A DNA stretch of 61,848 nt, the filler included. It is 4 parts of 4 records of this genome, joined end to end, with 100 filler letters (N's around TTAATTAATTAA, not from the genome) between each part and the next. Parts side by side here need not be neighbours in the genome. Positions count along the whole stretch, not along the records: positions 23,992 to 52,255 come from SRR20825006_586; positions 52,356 to 61,848 come from SRR20825006_610; 2 more parts are not named here. The stretch is one strand, 5' to 3'. Under the pieces are notes generated by a model. The model did no database searches and had not been told where the DNA came from. It was given only the letters and a program-made list of their open reading frames with translations. The position numbers and the translations under genes are program-made. Of the stretch, positions 49,317 through 61,071 are shown piece by piece. How positions within the stretch are numbered: position 1 is the stretch's first letter; the number at the start of each line of letters is the position of its first letter.

Positions 49317-51035
49317 ATGGCTGGTCAGATTCCCACACAATTCATTGATGAACTACTTACGCGCATCGATATCGTCGATGTTATCGATGCGCGGGTAGCG
49401 CTCAAAAAAGCGGGCAAGAATCTGCACGCCTGCTGTCCGTTTCATAACGAAAAAACCCCCTCCTTTACTGTCAGTCCCGACAAGCAGTTCTATCATTGCT
49501 TCGGTTGTGGTGCCCACGGCACGGCCATCGGCTTTTTGATGGAATATGATCAGCTCAGTTTCCCGGAAGCGATTCAGGAACTGGCTGATCAGGTGGGCAT
49601 GACCGTGCCGACGACCCAGCAGGTCAATTTATCCCCGGCAAAACAGAATCTGTACGATCTGATGGGGAAAGTGGGGCAGTATTACGTGCATCAGCTCCAC
49701 AATCATCCCCAGCGGCAGCCTTTTGTCGATTATCTGAAACAGCGCGGCCTCTCTGCCAGAACCATTGAAACCTTTGGTCTGGGTATGGCCCCGGATGGCT
49801 GGGATAATGTGTTGAAAACCTTCGGCAGCAATCCCCAGGTCACCAAGCAATTACTCGATGGCGGCCTGCTGATCAAAAACGATAAAGGCCGCACCTACGA
49901 CCGTTTCCGTAACCGGATTATGTTTCCTATCCTCGACCGCCGCGGGCGGGTGATCGGTTTCGGTGGCCGGGTGATGGATGATTCGACGCCCAAATACCTG
50001 AACTCGCCGGAAACCCCCATTTTTCACAAAGGAACCGAGCTCTATGGCCTCTACCAGGCGCGTAAAGCCAATCGGCGTCTGGAGCGGATACTGATTGTGG
50101 AAGGCTATATGGATGTCATTGCGCTGGCCGAATTTGATATCAACAACGCCGTTGCTACGCTGGGGACATCCACCACGGCCGATCACCTGCGGGTATTGCT
50201 GCGAGCTGCTCCTGAGGTCGTGTTCTGTTTTGATGGGGACCGGGCTGGGCGAGATGCAGCCTGGCGCGCGGCGGAAAATGCCTTGCCGATGCTGGGTGGT
50301 AATCAGCAGCTTAAATTTATGTTTCTGCCGGACGGTGAAGACCCGGACAGCCTGGTCAGAAATCAGGGGCCGGAAGCCTTCAACAGAAGGGTGGAAATGG
50401 CGCTGAACTATTCAGATTTCTTTTTTGAAACCCTGTGTGGCCGTGTTGATGTGAATTCAATGGACGGCCGTGCCCGTCTGGTGGAAATGACCAAGCCCTA
50501 TCTCAAGCATGTACCGACCGGCGTTTACCGTGACATGCTGGAACAGCGTCTGGCCGAGATCAGTAAAACCAATATGGCGACACTGAACCGGCATCTGGAA
50601 AAACCGGCGCAGCCTGCCAAAAAAGCGGCTAGAAAAACGGGTAACGCTCCGATGACGCCGATCCGGATGGCGATTACGATTGTGCTGCAATATCCGATAT
50701 TAGCCAGAGAAATCGACAACATTCAGAGCATCGCTCATCTGAAGCAGCCCGGTGTAAATATTTTCATCGAACTGGTTGAAACCCTGCATCAACACCCCCA
50801 CTTAACTACAGCGGCCCTGCTGGAACGCTGGCGCGACAAAGAGAACGGGGCGCACCTTCAGAAACTGGCCCTGCAACCGCTAACCTTTTCGGCGGATGCG
50901 CTCAAACATGAACTCACGGGCATCGTCTCTCGTCTTAATAAAGAAGCCAGACAACAGCGAATTCATGAGCTGACCAGCAAGCCGTTTAGTGAACTCACGG
51001 AAGCAGAAAAGGCTGAAGTGAAGTCTTATAAGTGA
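49317..51035 (+). CDS. dnaG: DNA primase
   Basis: CPFHNEKTPSF...CFGC zinc finger, KYLNSPET, VEGYMDV, FDGDRAG, DPD. Confidence 0.98.
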   Translation: MAGQIPTQFIDELLTRIDIVDVIDARVALKKAGKNLHACCPFHNEKTPSFTVSPDKQFYHCFGCGAHGTAIGFLMEYDQLSFPEAIQELADQVGMTVPTTQQVNLSPAKQNLYDLMGKVGQYYVHQLHNHPQRQPFVDYLKQRGLSARTIETFGLGMAPDGWDNVLKTFGSNPQVTKQLLDGGLLIKNDKGRTYDRFRNRIMFPILDRRGRVIGFGGRVMDDSTPKYLNSPETPIFHKGTELYGLYQARKANRRLERILIVEGYMDVIALAEFDINNAVATLGTSTTADHLRVLLRAAPEVVFCFDGDRAGRDAAWRAAENALPMLGGNQQLKFMFLPDGEDPDSLVRNQGPEAFNRRVEMALNYSDFFFETLCGRVDVNSMDGRARLVEMTKPYLKHVPTGVYRDMLEQRLAEISKTNMATLNRHLEKPAQPAKKAARKTGNAPMTPIRMAITIVLQYPILAREIDNIQSIAHLKQPGVNIFIELVETLHQHPHLTTAALLERWRDKENGAHLQKLALQPLTFSADALKHELTGIVSRLNKEARQQRIHELTSKPFSELTEAEKAEVKSYK

Positions 51036-51127
51036 ATGTTTTTAAGTTTAATTTGATGCAATACTATGGTCGCTTCAGTATAATGAAGTGTTCACGTCAA
51101 GAAGCGTCAAAGGGTTAAAGGGGCCGC

Positions 51128-52255
51128 ATGAAAGATCAACAATCACGCGTTAAGGAACTGATCGCCTTAGGTAAAGAACGTGGTTACCTCACTTACGGTG
51201 AGATTAACGATCACCTGCCAGAAGACCTGGTTGATGCTGATCAGGTTGAAGACATCGTTAGTATGTTCAGCGACCTCGGTATCATGGTTCACGAAGATGG
51301 CATGGATACCGACGAGATGGAACGTCTCGCTGAAGCCATCTCTTCCAATGATGAAGTTTCCGATGACGAAGCAGCTGCTGTTCTGGCCAGCTCTGACGGT
51401 GAGTTCGGCCGTACTACCGACCCGGTCCGCATGTACATGCGTGAAATGGGTTCTGTGGAACTGCTGACCCGTGAAGGCGAAATTGTCATCGCCAAGCGTA
51501 TCGAAGCCGGTCTGCGTGAGAGCCTGCAGATGCTTTCGACCTATCCTGCCTGTATCTCCTCATTCCTCGCCATGTATGACATGGTCGAAGCCGGTGAAAT
51601 GCGCCTGAACGAGGTCATTAAAGGCTTCGCAATGCCAGAAGAAGCGGCCCCCGAAGAGAGCGATGACGTCAGTGATGCCGTTGATGACAGTGCTGACGAT
51701 GACTCGGATGATGATGACGATAGTGACGATAACGTCAACAATGTCAGCGATGATGACGATGATTCCGGCGAAATTGATCCGGAAGAAGCCCGTGCCCGGT
51801 TTGAAGCACTGCGTGAAGCGCACAAAAATTACATCCAGAGTGAAGGCGATGCTGCCGAGGCGGCCCGTGAACAGGCCAGTAACCTGTTTATGGATTTCAA
51901 ACTGACGCCGAAAGCGCTGGCTATTCTCAACCAGCTGATGACGGAGACCGTTGACGAAATCCGTAAGCAGGAAAAAATCATTCTGGACATCGTGGTTGAG
52001 CAGGCGCGTATGAACCGCCGCGACTTTATCGACTCATTCCAGGGCAATGAAAGCAATGTGGACTGGGCGGAAAAACATATCCGTGCCAAGAAACACTACT
52101 CATCGACCATCAAGAAACATCACGACGAAATCAAAGCGGCGCAAAGCAAACTGGCTGAGATCGCCGATGGACGCGGCATTTCTATTGCTGAAATCAAAGA
52201 AATCTCGCGCCAGATGTCGATCGCCGAAGCCAAGGCCCGCCGTGCCAAGAAAGAA
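51128..52255 (+). CDS. rpoD: RNA polymerase sigma-70, 3'-truncated by the contig end
   Basis: GKERGYLTY.EINDHLP, RTTDPVRMYMREMG, ARRAKKE. Confidence 0.98.
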
Positions 52256-52355
52256 NNNNNNNNNNNNNNNNNNNNNNNNNNNNNNNNNNNNNNNNNNNNT
52301 TAATTAATTAANNNNNNNNNNNNNNNNNNNNNNNNNNNNNNNNNNNNNNNNNNNN
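52256..52355. other. Artificial contig-joining spacer
   Basis: N44 + TTAATTAATTAA + N44. Confidence 0.99.
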
Positions 52356-52730
52356 GGCGAACTCGTCCATGTTGGTCTTGCCCAGCATGACAGCGCCTTC
52401 GGCGGCCATTTTTTCCACCACGGTGGCGGTGTAGGGCGCAACAAAGTTGTCCAGCATTTTCGAGCCGCAGCTGGTGCGCACGCCTTCGGTGCAGAAGATA
52501 TCCTTGTGGGCGATAGGCAGGCCGGTGAGCAAGCCTGCCTTGTCGGCGGCAATAGCCTTGTCGGCGGCATTGGCCTGGGCCAGTGCTTGCTCTTCAGTTA
52601 CGGTGACAAAGCTGTTGAGCTCGCCATCATGTTGCTTGATTCGAGCCAGAAAATGTTCTGTCAACTCGCGGGAGGAAAAATCCCCGGCGGCCAAGCCAGC
52701 CTTGAGTTCGGTCAGGGTTTTGGTATGCAT
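52356..52730 (-). CDS. gatA: Asp/Glu-tRNA amidotransferase subunit A, N-terminal part (contig edge)
   Basis: [21 protein letters not shown]. Confidence 0.96.
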
Positions 52731-52760
52731 TTTTTGTCTTTCGCCTTTAAACGATCAAGG

Positions 52761-53048
52761 TTATTCAATGACCCGGGGAACCAGGAAACAGCCGTTTTCA
52801 GCTGCCGGGGCGATGGCCAGTGCCTTGTCGCGGATGTTGGGCTCGGTGACCACGTCGTCGCGCAGGGGCTGGGTGACGTCCAGCGGGTGGGCCAGGGGGG
52901 CCACGCCGTCCACGTCGGCCTGTTGCAGCTGGTCCACCATCGCGAGGATGTCATTCAGGCGGTTGGACAGGGCGTCGCTGTCCTGGGGGTCCACTTTCAG
53001 GCGCGCCAGATGGGCTACCTGGGCAACCACCTTGGAATCAATGGCCAT
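52761..53048 (-). CDS. gatC: Asp/Glu-tRNA amidotransferase subunit C
   Basis: VAHLARL, LRDDVV, FLVPRVIE. Confidence 0.96.
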   Translation of the reverse strand: MAIDSKVVAQVAHLARLKVDPQDSDALSNRLNDILAMVDQLQQADVDGVAPLAHPLDVTQPLRDDVVTEPNIRDKALAIAPAAENGCFLVPRVIE

Positions 53049-53074
53049 GGTTCTCTCCGGGGTTCTTTCCGTAG

Positions 53075-54328
<1,254 letters not shown>

Positions 54329-54333
54329 CTCCC

Positions 54334-55188
54334 ATGGTGGCCCCGGCCAAACCCTCCTACCGGCTCATTATAGCGTTGGTCCTGGCTGTCATCATGATGG
54401 TGCTGGACCAGCGTACTCCTTGGGCTGCGCCCGTGCGCCATGCACTGGGCTACCTGACGGCACCCATTCATTACCTTGCCCACTTGCCGGTGGACAGCGG
54501 TGAGTGGCTGTCCGAACAGACGCAAAGTCGCGGTACCCTGCTTGACGAAAACCGTCGCTTGCAACGCCAGGCGTTGATTCTGGAGCAGAAAGTGCAGCGT
54601 CTGGCCGTGCTGGAAGCCGAGAATGTGCGGTTGCGTGAGCTACTCAATTCCTCGGCGGATCTGGATGCCAATGTGCTGGTGGCGGAGATCATTGGTGTGG
54701 ATCCTGATCCCAACCGCCAGGAAATCGTTATCAACAAAGGGGCGGGAGACAATGTTTCCCGGGGGCAGGCGGTGCTCGATTCCCAGGGCCTGATTGGCCA
54801 GGTGGTGGACGCCGGTCCGCTCAGTTCCCGTGTGTTGCTGATCACCGATGCCAGCCATGCCATGAGCGTGCAGGTAAACCGTAATGGGGTGCGCGCCGTA
54901 TTGGCCGGGGTGGGGCAATCCAGCGGTTTGAAACTGTTGTATGTGCCCGACACGGCAGATATCCAGGAAGGTGATCTGCTGGTCAGCACGGGGCTTGGCC
55001 AGCTATACCCCCGCGGCTATCCGGTGGCCAGCGTTACTTCGGTGAATCATCAGGCGGGCACGCCGTTCGCGCATATTGCTGCCCGCCCCACTGCGCAGCT
55101 GGATCGTGCCAGTCATGTGTTGCTGGTGCAGCCCACGCAAACCCCGGTACGCGCGCCCACCCCTGCGGAGGCCGACAATGATCAGTGA
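54334..55188 (+). CDS. mreC: Rod shape protein MreC
   Basis: TM, coiled coil ENVRLRELL, INKG, GLIGQV, STGLG..YP.GYPV. Confidence 0.95.
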   Translation: MVAPAKPSYRLIIALVLAVIMMVLDQRTPWAAPVRHALGYLTAPIHYLAHLPVDSGEWLSEQTQSRGTLLDENRRLQRQALILEQKVQRLAVLEAENVRLRELLNSSADLDANVLVAEIIGVDPDPNRQEIVINKGAGDNVSRGQAVLDSQGLIGQVVDAGPLSSRVLLITDASHAMSVQVNRNGVRAVLAGVGQSSGLKLLYVPDTADIQEGDLLVSTGLGQLYPRGYPVASVTSVNHQAGTPFAHIAARPTAQLDRASHVLLVQPTQTPVRAPTPAEADNDQ

Positions 55189-55669
55189 TCGTCCCGCCGG
55201 CACCGGCGTTATCATCGTTACCCTGTTGCTGGCGGCACTGCTGGAAGTGGTCCCGCTGCCTGCGAGCATTGATTGGGTGCGCCCGGAATGGATGTTGTTG
55301 GTGCTGGTGTACTGGGTGCTTTCCTTGCCGCATCGCATTGGCGTGTTGTGGGGCTTTTTTGTGGGGCTCTATCACGACGTGCTGGTGGGAACCACGCTGG
55401 GGCAGTGGGGGTTGGCCACGGCGCTGGGCGCCTTCGTGATGCTGGCGGCTTACAAGCGTATGCGCGTATTTACGGCGCTGCAGCAGTGTGCGGTGGTCTT
55501 CCTGCTGGTGGGTACGGTGAGCCTGCTGGCGTTTCTGGTACAGGAATCCGTGGGCCGAACCCTGTACCCGCCTTACACCATTCTCTACTCTTCTGTGACC
55601 AGCGCGCTGTTGTGGCGTCCGGTATGTGCGGCGTTACGCTGGGTCCAGTTGCGATTTCTAGTACGATAA
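55178..55669 (+). CDS. mreD: Rod shape protein MreD
   Basis: RPEW..LVLVYW...P.RIG, G..LG; hydrophobic. Confidence 0.93.
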   Translation: MISDRPAGTGVIIVTLLLAALLEVVPLPASIDWVRPEWMLLVLVYWVLSLPHRIGVLWGFFVGLYHDVLVGTTLGQWGLATALGAFVMLAAYKRMRVFTALQQCAVVFLLVGTVSLLAFLVQESVGRTLYPPYTILYSSVTSALLWRPVCAALRWVQLRFLVR

Positions 55670-55807
55670 AAGCGTCGTTCGCAGTGGATAACTGATCGTT
55701 GACAGCGAAAACCCGGATTACTTTGGGCGCGGCTTCAATTTTTCAGTTCTCGGCATCACTGGGTCGCGCAGCTATCAATTATCCATTATCAACTAGCCAC
55801 TAATTCT

Positions 55808-56389
55808 ATGATTCTTTACCTTGCCTCCGGCTCTCCCCGCCGGGCGGAATTGCTCCAGCAGATTGCCGTTCCCTTTACGGTGTTGCCCGCTCCGGCCATT
55901 GATGAAACGCCCCGTGCCGGTGAAGTACCGCTGGACTATGTGCAGCGTATGGCCAGCGAAAAGGCGGCGGTGGGCCTGACCCGCATGCCGGCACCGGGGG
56001 CGGTACTGGGTGCAGATACGGCGGTGGTGTTGGGGGAGCGTATTCTGGGCAAGCCTGCCAATGATGCCGAGGCCCTGGCGATGCTGGCGCAGCTGAACGG
56101 GCAATCCCATCAGGTCATTTCGGCGGTTTGTCTTTGCCTTGAGGGTCGGCAAGCCGTGCGCCATTCGGTGACTACCGTGCACTTCCGACCACTGGATGCC
56201 GCGCGCCTGCAGGCCTATGTGGCCACAGGTGAAGGGCGCGACAAGGCGGGCAGTTACGGCATTCAGGGGCTGGGCGGCGCACTGGTGGCATCGCTGTCTG
56301 GCAGTTACAGTGGAGTGGTTGGCCTGCCCCTGGAGCAAACGGTGGCGTTGCTTGAATGGGCCGACATTCCTTACTGGCAAGTCGACTGA
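55808..56389 (+). CDS. maf: Maf/YhdE nucleotide pyrophosphatase
   Basis: LASGSPRR, GADT.V, DKAGSYGIQG, VVGLP. Confidence 0.95.
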   Translation: MILYLASGSPRRAELLQQIAVPFTVLPAPAIDETPRAGEVPLDYVQRMASEKAAVGLTRMPAPGAVLGADTAVVLGERILGKPANDAEALAMLAQLNGQSHQVISAVCLCLEGRQAVRHSVTTVHFRPLDAARLQAYVATGEGRDKAGSYGIQGLGGALVASLSGSYSGVVGLPLEQTVALLEWADIPYWQVD

Positions 56390-56392
56390 CTT

Positions 56393-59300
56393 ATGGCATC
56401 GACCCACACTTCACGCTGGCGCCGACTGTTTCCTTCCCTGTGGTGGGCAGCCGCGATCATTTTATTGCTGATGGCCGCCTATGTGGTGGTAGGTCGTCAG
56501 CTGATGCTGCTGGTTCCGGATTACCGTGAGCGCCTTGAGCATCTCTTCGAAGAACGCATTCAGACCCCGCTGACCATCGCCGAACTGAACGGCACCATGT
56601 CCGGGCTGGTGCCCCAGTTCGTCGCCCGCCAGATTCGTCTGCCTGCCCCGGAAGGGGAGGCGCCATTGGTGCTGGATGAAGTGGTGCTCAGCATTGATGT
56701 GTTTCGCTCCCTGTGGCACCGGGATCTGGTGCTTGAGGAATTCAGTGTGCGCGGGGTGGATTTGAATCTGGTGCGCGGTGAAGATGGCAAGATTCGTCTG
56801 CGTGGCCTGGATGTGCTCGGGCAGAGTGACCCTGAATCCCGGCCGCCGCTGGAACGTATCCTCAAGTTGTTTTACCGCCAGCAATTGTTGTCGATCAGCG
56901 ATGCCCGTTTGTCCCTGGAATGGCCGGGCATGCCACCGCTGGCGGCATCGCAGCTGGATGCCACCATGACCAACGAGGGCGGTGAGCACCGGTTGGCAGT
57001 GCGCGTGGAGGCTCGGGACCGACCTCTCTCCCTGCTGGCAAAAATACACCTGCACGATGATGCCTACGCGCTGGACGAGGTGGATGCGGATATCTATACC
57101 CGCTTCGAGGGCAAGCGCCTGCACGAATGGTTGCCCGATATAGAAAAAATGCCGTTGGATCTGGGCTCGCTGGATGCATCCGTGGCGTTGTGGGGCACCC
57201 TGGAGGGCGGTGAGCCGATCAGCGGCCAGCTGCAGGTTGATGTGCCCACGTTGACGCTTACCCAGGCTGATGACTCCCGCTGGCCGTTGACCGGGCTGTC
57301 CCTGCGGGCATCGCTGCTGCGCGAAGATGATACCGCAACCTTGTCGCTCTCCAACCTGTCCGGCAAATCGCCTTCTGGCCCTCTGACCCTGGGCGATATG
57401 GCGTTGCGCTGGGAGACCCGGGGTGAACGGCGCCAGTGGCAGCTGCGCGCCAATGAACTGCCAGTGCACGCCATCAGCCAGCAATTCCAGAGCTGGCCAT
57501 TCAGCCTGCCGGAGCCCGCTGACAAGGTGCGTCAGCAGTTGTCGGTATTGTCCCCGCGCGGTGTAGTGGAGGGGGTGTATCTGAGTGGCCACGCGCGGGA
57601 TCTGGAACAGTTTCAGGCGCGCTTTGCCGGCCTGGCCAGCCAGGCGGATGACCGGATTCCCGGCGTCAAAGGCCTGAATGGGTGGGTTGCAGGGTCGCCG
57701 GATGCTGGGCTTGCGCATCTGTACAGCGATGATCTGGCGCTGCGCCTGCCGCGCCTGTATGACCACGAGCTGGGTGGCCAGATGGCCGGGGTGTTTGGCT
57801 GGCAGCGCCAGGGCGATGCTCTCACGGTGCGCTCCAGCCGCCTGCGCGTGGTGAACCCGGATGCCCACGGTGAGGCTATGGTTGCGGTGACCATGCGCCC
57901 GGAGCAGGTGCCTGAACTGCGTTTGACAGCAGAGATTTACGATGGCAACGGTGCCCGTGCCAACCACTACATTCCGCTGAAACGGTTGCCTGATGGCCTG
58001 TCCGGTTGGCTGGGGCAGGCCATCGGCGATGGCCATTTGCAGCGGGGCCAGCTGCTCTATCAAGGGCCGGTGAAAATCGATAAAAGCCGGCAGCAGGACC
58101 GGACTTTCCAGATGCGTTATCAGGGCGAGGACGTGCGCCTGTCGTTTCTGCCTGACTGGCCACAGGCCACTGGGGTGAACGCGGATGTGTGGATTAATGG
58201 CCGGGAAGTGCGAGGGGTGGCCAGCCGGGGAAATCTGCTCAATAGCCAGGTGGCGGATGTGCACGTGGACGTGCCGGCGTTTGATGATGAGACCGGACCC
58301 CGCGTGATCGTCACCGGTAAAGTTCACGGCCCGCTCAGCGACCTGGATACGGTTTTTCAGGACACCCCGCTAACAGAACAGTTACCCGACGAGGTGAAAG
58401 ACTGGCGCTATCAGTCCGGCACCATGGGGGGGCAGCTAACGCTGAATATCCCGCTCAAGAAAGGGGAAGGCGCGCCCATGGTGATCGTGGATGCGTCAGT
58501 GGCCGACGGCCGGGTGGAAAATACGGAGAGAAATCTGCTGCTGACTGAGGTGCAGGCACCGGTGTATTTCCATCTGCGCGACGGGTTGCAGATGTCGAAG
58601 CTTAGCGCCTCCACGCTGGGTGGCAAGGTGACCGGCAAATGGGCCACCGACGCGGGCAAGAGCACCCTCGCCCTGGAGGGGGAGGTGCCAGTGAAGTCTG
58701 TGCGCGAGTGGCTGGGTTTCAACTGGCTGGCCCCGGCCAGTGGTTCGTTGCCGTTGGCGCTGACCATTCAGGTGCCCTGGCAGGGCTCGCCCTTTGCCCT
58801 GCACGCGACCTCCTCGCTCAAGGGCGTCACAGTGAAGGCGCCTGCGCCTCTGGGGAAAAGTGCGGCGCAGACCCGGGTGCTGACGCTGGACCTTACCGGC
58901 AATGGCCAGCGATTGGGGCTGCAGTATGGCGATGTCGTGCGCGGCGCCTTTGCGCTGGGTAAAACGGTGCGGGGCGACCTTCGATTGGGGGCCGGGACAC
59001 CGCGCCCCCCCGCTTCCGGCATCGATGTGCATGGGCGCCTGGCCCGCGCCAGCGTGGAACCCTGGATCGATTTTGTCAGCGACCAGCTGGTGCCGGCCAT
59101 GGAGGGCAATACGTCGGATAGTGGCGGTAATGGCGGCCAGCAAGGCGGTTTGAACAAGGTCAATGTGCAGGTGGGCACGCTGGATTTGTTCGGCGTGGAT
59201 GTGCCCGGAGCGAGCCTGTCGGTGCTGCCCAGCGGCAAAGGCTGGGACCTGGCCCTGAGCAGCCCGTCCGTGGCCGGTTCCATGACCATTCCGGAAGGGT

Positions 59301-60217
59301 TTTCGGCCCGGGGAGACAAGCCCCTGAATGTATCCGTATCGCGGATGAATCTGACTTTGCCGGAAAGTGCTGACCCGAAATCCGGGGCGCCGCTGTCGCC
59401 GATGAATCTGCCTGCCGTGAATGCCCGCCTGGCCAACCTGAGTATCAACGGTGAAGACTTCGGTGAATGGCAGGCAGACCTGCGCCCCACGGCGCAAGGA
59501 GTGCGCATCAATAATCTACAGGGCCGCTGGCGGGCCAGCCGGATACAGGGCACGGTGGACTGGACAGAAGACAGCGGCAATCAGTACACCCGTTTCAATG
59601 GATCGCTGGCGTCCGATAATCTGGGCCGTTCCCTGAGTGCCTGGGGGCTGCCGGAAATGATTGAATCCGATGACGCCAGTGCCAAGGTTTCGCTGGGCTG
59701 GCCGCAGTGGCCACTGGCGCCGGATTACCTTGCTCTGGATGGTCAGGCGCGGGTGGATATCGGTGAGTGCCGGATTCCCGATACCGACACCAAGACCTCG
59801 TTTTTGCGGCTTTTGGGTATCCTCAATCTGGGCACCATTCAGCGCCGACTGCGGCTGGATTTCTCCGATCTGTACAAGAAGGGGCTAAGCTGTGACAGCA
59901 TCAGCGGGGACTTCGCCATCGACGGCCCTCAAGTGTCCACCAGCAATCTGGCCATCGATTCGCCCTCGGCTGCCATTCGTGTGAAAGGTGCCATCGATCT
60001 TGAAAAAGAAACCCTGAACCATCAAATGGAAGTCACACTGCCCCTGTCCAGCAACCTGTATGCCGGGTGTCTGGCCGGGCCTGCCGCCTGTGCCGGTATC
60101 TTTGTGGTGGAGCGCATCTGGGGCGATAAACTGGACAAGACCGCGACCATGGAATACCGCGTGAGCGGCAGTTGGTCGAACCCGAAAGTGTCTGAAACCG
60201 AAGGGATTTTCGAATGA
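56393..60217 (+). CDS. yhdP: YhdP (AsmA-like lipid transport protein)
   Basis: 1274 aa, N-terminal TM, RRLRLDFSDL, Y.V.G.W.NP; conserved position before nitrilase-tldD. Confidence 0.9.
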   Translation: MASTHTSRWRRLFPSLWWAAAIILLLMAAYVVVGRQLMLLVPDYRERLEHLFEERIQTPLTIAELNGTMSGLVPQFVARQIRLPAPEGEAPLVLDEVVLSIDVFRSLWHRDLVLEEFSVRGVDLNLVRGEDGKIRLRGLDVLGQSDPESRPPLERILKLFYRQQLLSISDARLSLEWPGMPPLAASQLDATMTNEGGEHRLAVRVEARDRPLSLLAKIHLHDDAYALDEVDADIYTRFEGKRLHEWLPDIEKMPLDLGSLDASVALWGTLEGGEPISGQLQVDVPTLTLTQADDSRWPLTGLSLRASLLREDDTATLSLSNLSGKSPSGPLTLGDMALRWETRGERRQWQLRANELPVHAISQQFQSWPFSLPEPADKVRQQLSVLSPRGVVEGVYLSGHARDLEQFQARFAGLASQADDRIPGVKGLNGWVAGSPDAGLAHLYSDDLALRLPRLYDHELGGQMAGVFGWQRQGDALTVRSSRLRVVNPDAHGEAMVAVTMRPEQVPELRLTAEIYDGNGARANHYIPLKRLPDGLSGWLGQAIGDGHLQRGQLLYQGPVKIDKSRQQDRTFQMRYQGEDVRLSFLPDWPQATGVNADVWINGREVRGVASRGNLLNSQVADVHVDVPAFDDETGPRVIVTGKVHGPLSDLDTVFQDTPLTEQLPDEVKDWRYQSGTMGGQLTLNIPLKKGEGAPMVIVDASVADGRVENTERNLLLTEVQAPVYFHLRDGLQMSKLSASTLGGKVTGKWATDAGKSTLALEGEVPVKSVREWLGFNWLAPASGSLPLALTIQVPWQGSPFALHATSSLKGVTVKAPAPLGKSAAQTRVLTLDLTGNGQRLGLQYGDVVRGAFALGKTVRGDLRLGAGTPRPPASGIDVHGRLARASVEPWIDFVSDQLVPAMEGNTSDSGGNGGQQGGLNKVNVQVGTLDLFGVDVPGASLSVLPSGKGWDLALSSPSVAGSMTIPEGFSARGDKPLNVSVSRMNLTLPESADPKSGAPLSPMNLPAVNARLANLSINGEDFGEWQADLRPTAQGVRINNLQGRWRASRIQGTVDWTEDSGNQYTRFNGSLASDNLGRSLSAWGLPEMIESDDASAKVSLGWPQWPLAPDYLALDGQARVDIGECRIPDTDTKTSFLRLLGILNLGTIQRRLRLDFSDLYKKGLSCDSISGDFAIDGPQVSTSNLAIDSPSAAIRVKGAIDLEKETLNHQMEVTLPLSSNLYAGCLAGPAACAGIFVVERIWGDKLDKTATMEYRVSGSWSNPKVSETEGIFE

Positions 60218-61071
60218 CGGTGCCTAACGCAGCGGCACAGGTGGCCGCAATACAGATGACCAGTGGCAAAGCGCTGCAGGCCAACCTGGCGCAGGCTGCC
60301 GAACTGTTGCAGGCGGCCCGGGACAAGGGCGCCAGCCTGGCGGTATTACCGGAAAATTTTGCGGGCTACGGCGGCGATTACCGCGCGTTGGCGGCAGAAT
60401 ATACCCTGCTGGAGCAGTGGCTCTGTGAGCAGGCTTCCCGGCTGGGCATGGCCATTATCGGTGGCAGCGTGCCGTCGTTGCATCGCCCAGACGGTGAGCC
60501 TGTGCCCGCTCCACGGGTGCGTACGCGCTCCCTGGCGGTCACCGCGGATGGCGAGATCGTTGGCCGTTACGACAAGTTGCATTTATTTGACGCTCAGGTG
60601 CAGGACGCCCAGGGCCAATACAGGGAATCGGATCTTTTTGAGCCTGGCGAAACCATCGTCACTGTGCCCCTGGCGGATGTGCAGGTGGGCATGGCTATCT
60701 GCTATGACCTGCGCTTTCCGGCCTTTGCCCAGCGCCTGGTGAGTGCCGGTGCCCAGTTGTTGGTCTATCCCTCGGCGTTTACCGCCGTGACCGGTGCTGC
60801 CCATTGGGAGCTGCTGCTGCGTGCTACCGCGGTGCAGACCGGTTGTTATGTGCTGGGTGCCAACCAATGCGGGCAACACGGCCCGCGTCGTGCCAGTTAC
60901 GGCCATTCCATGCTGGTGTCCCCCTGGGGGGACGTGGTGGCAAGTCTGGAGAATGCGCCCGGCGCGCTTGTGGCGCCGCTGGACCTTGCTACCATGGACG
61001 AGCTTCGCCAGCGAATGCCTGTACAGCAGCATCAACGATTACGTATTGAAGGTCCTTATGACGCAAACTGA
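60214..61071 (+). CDS. Carbon-nitrogen hydrolase (Nit1-like deaminated glutathione amidase)
   Basis: LPENF, YDKLHLFD, ICYDLRFP, TGAAHW, GHSM. Confidence 0.93.
   Translation: MTVPNAAAQVAAIQMTSGKALQANLAQAAELLQAARDKGASLAVLPENFAGYGGDYRALAAEYTLLEQWLCEQASRLGMAIIGGSVPSLHRPDGEPVPAPRVRTRSLAVTADGEIVGRYDKLHLFDAQVQDAQGQYRESDLFEPGETIVTVPLADVQVGMAICYDLRFPAFAQRLVSAGAQLLVYPSAFTAVTGAAHWELLLRATAVQTGCYVLGANQCGQHGPRRASYGHSMLVSPWGDVVASLENAPGALVAPLDLATMDELRQRMPVQQHQRLRIEGPYDAN

Noticed and set aside
51655-51765. GAT/GAC-rich low-complexity repeat
   Set aside because: Normal acidic non-conserved region of sigma-70
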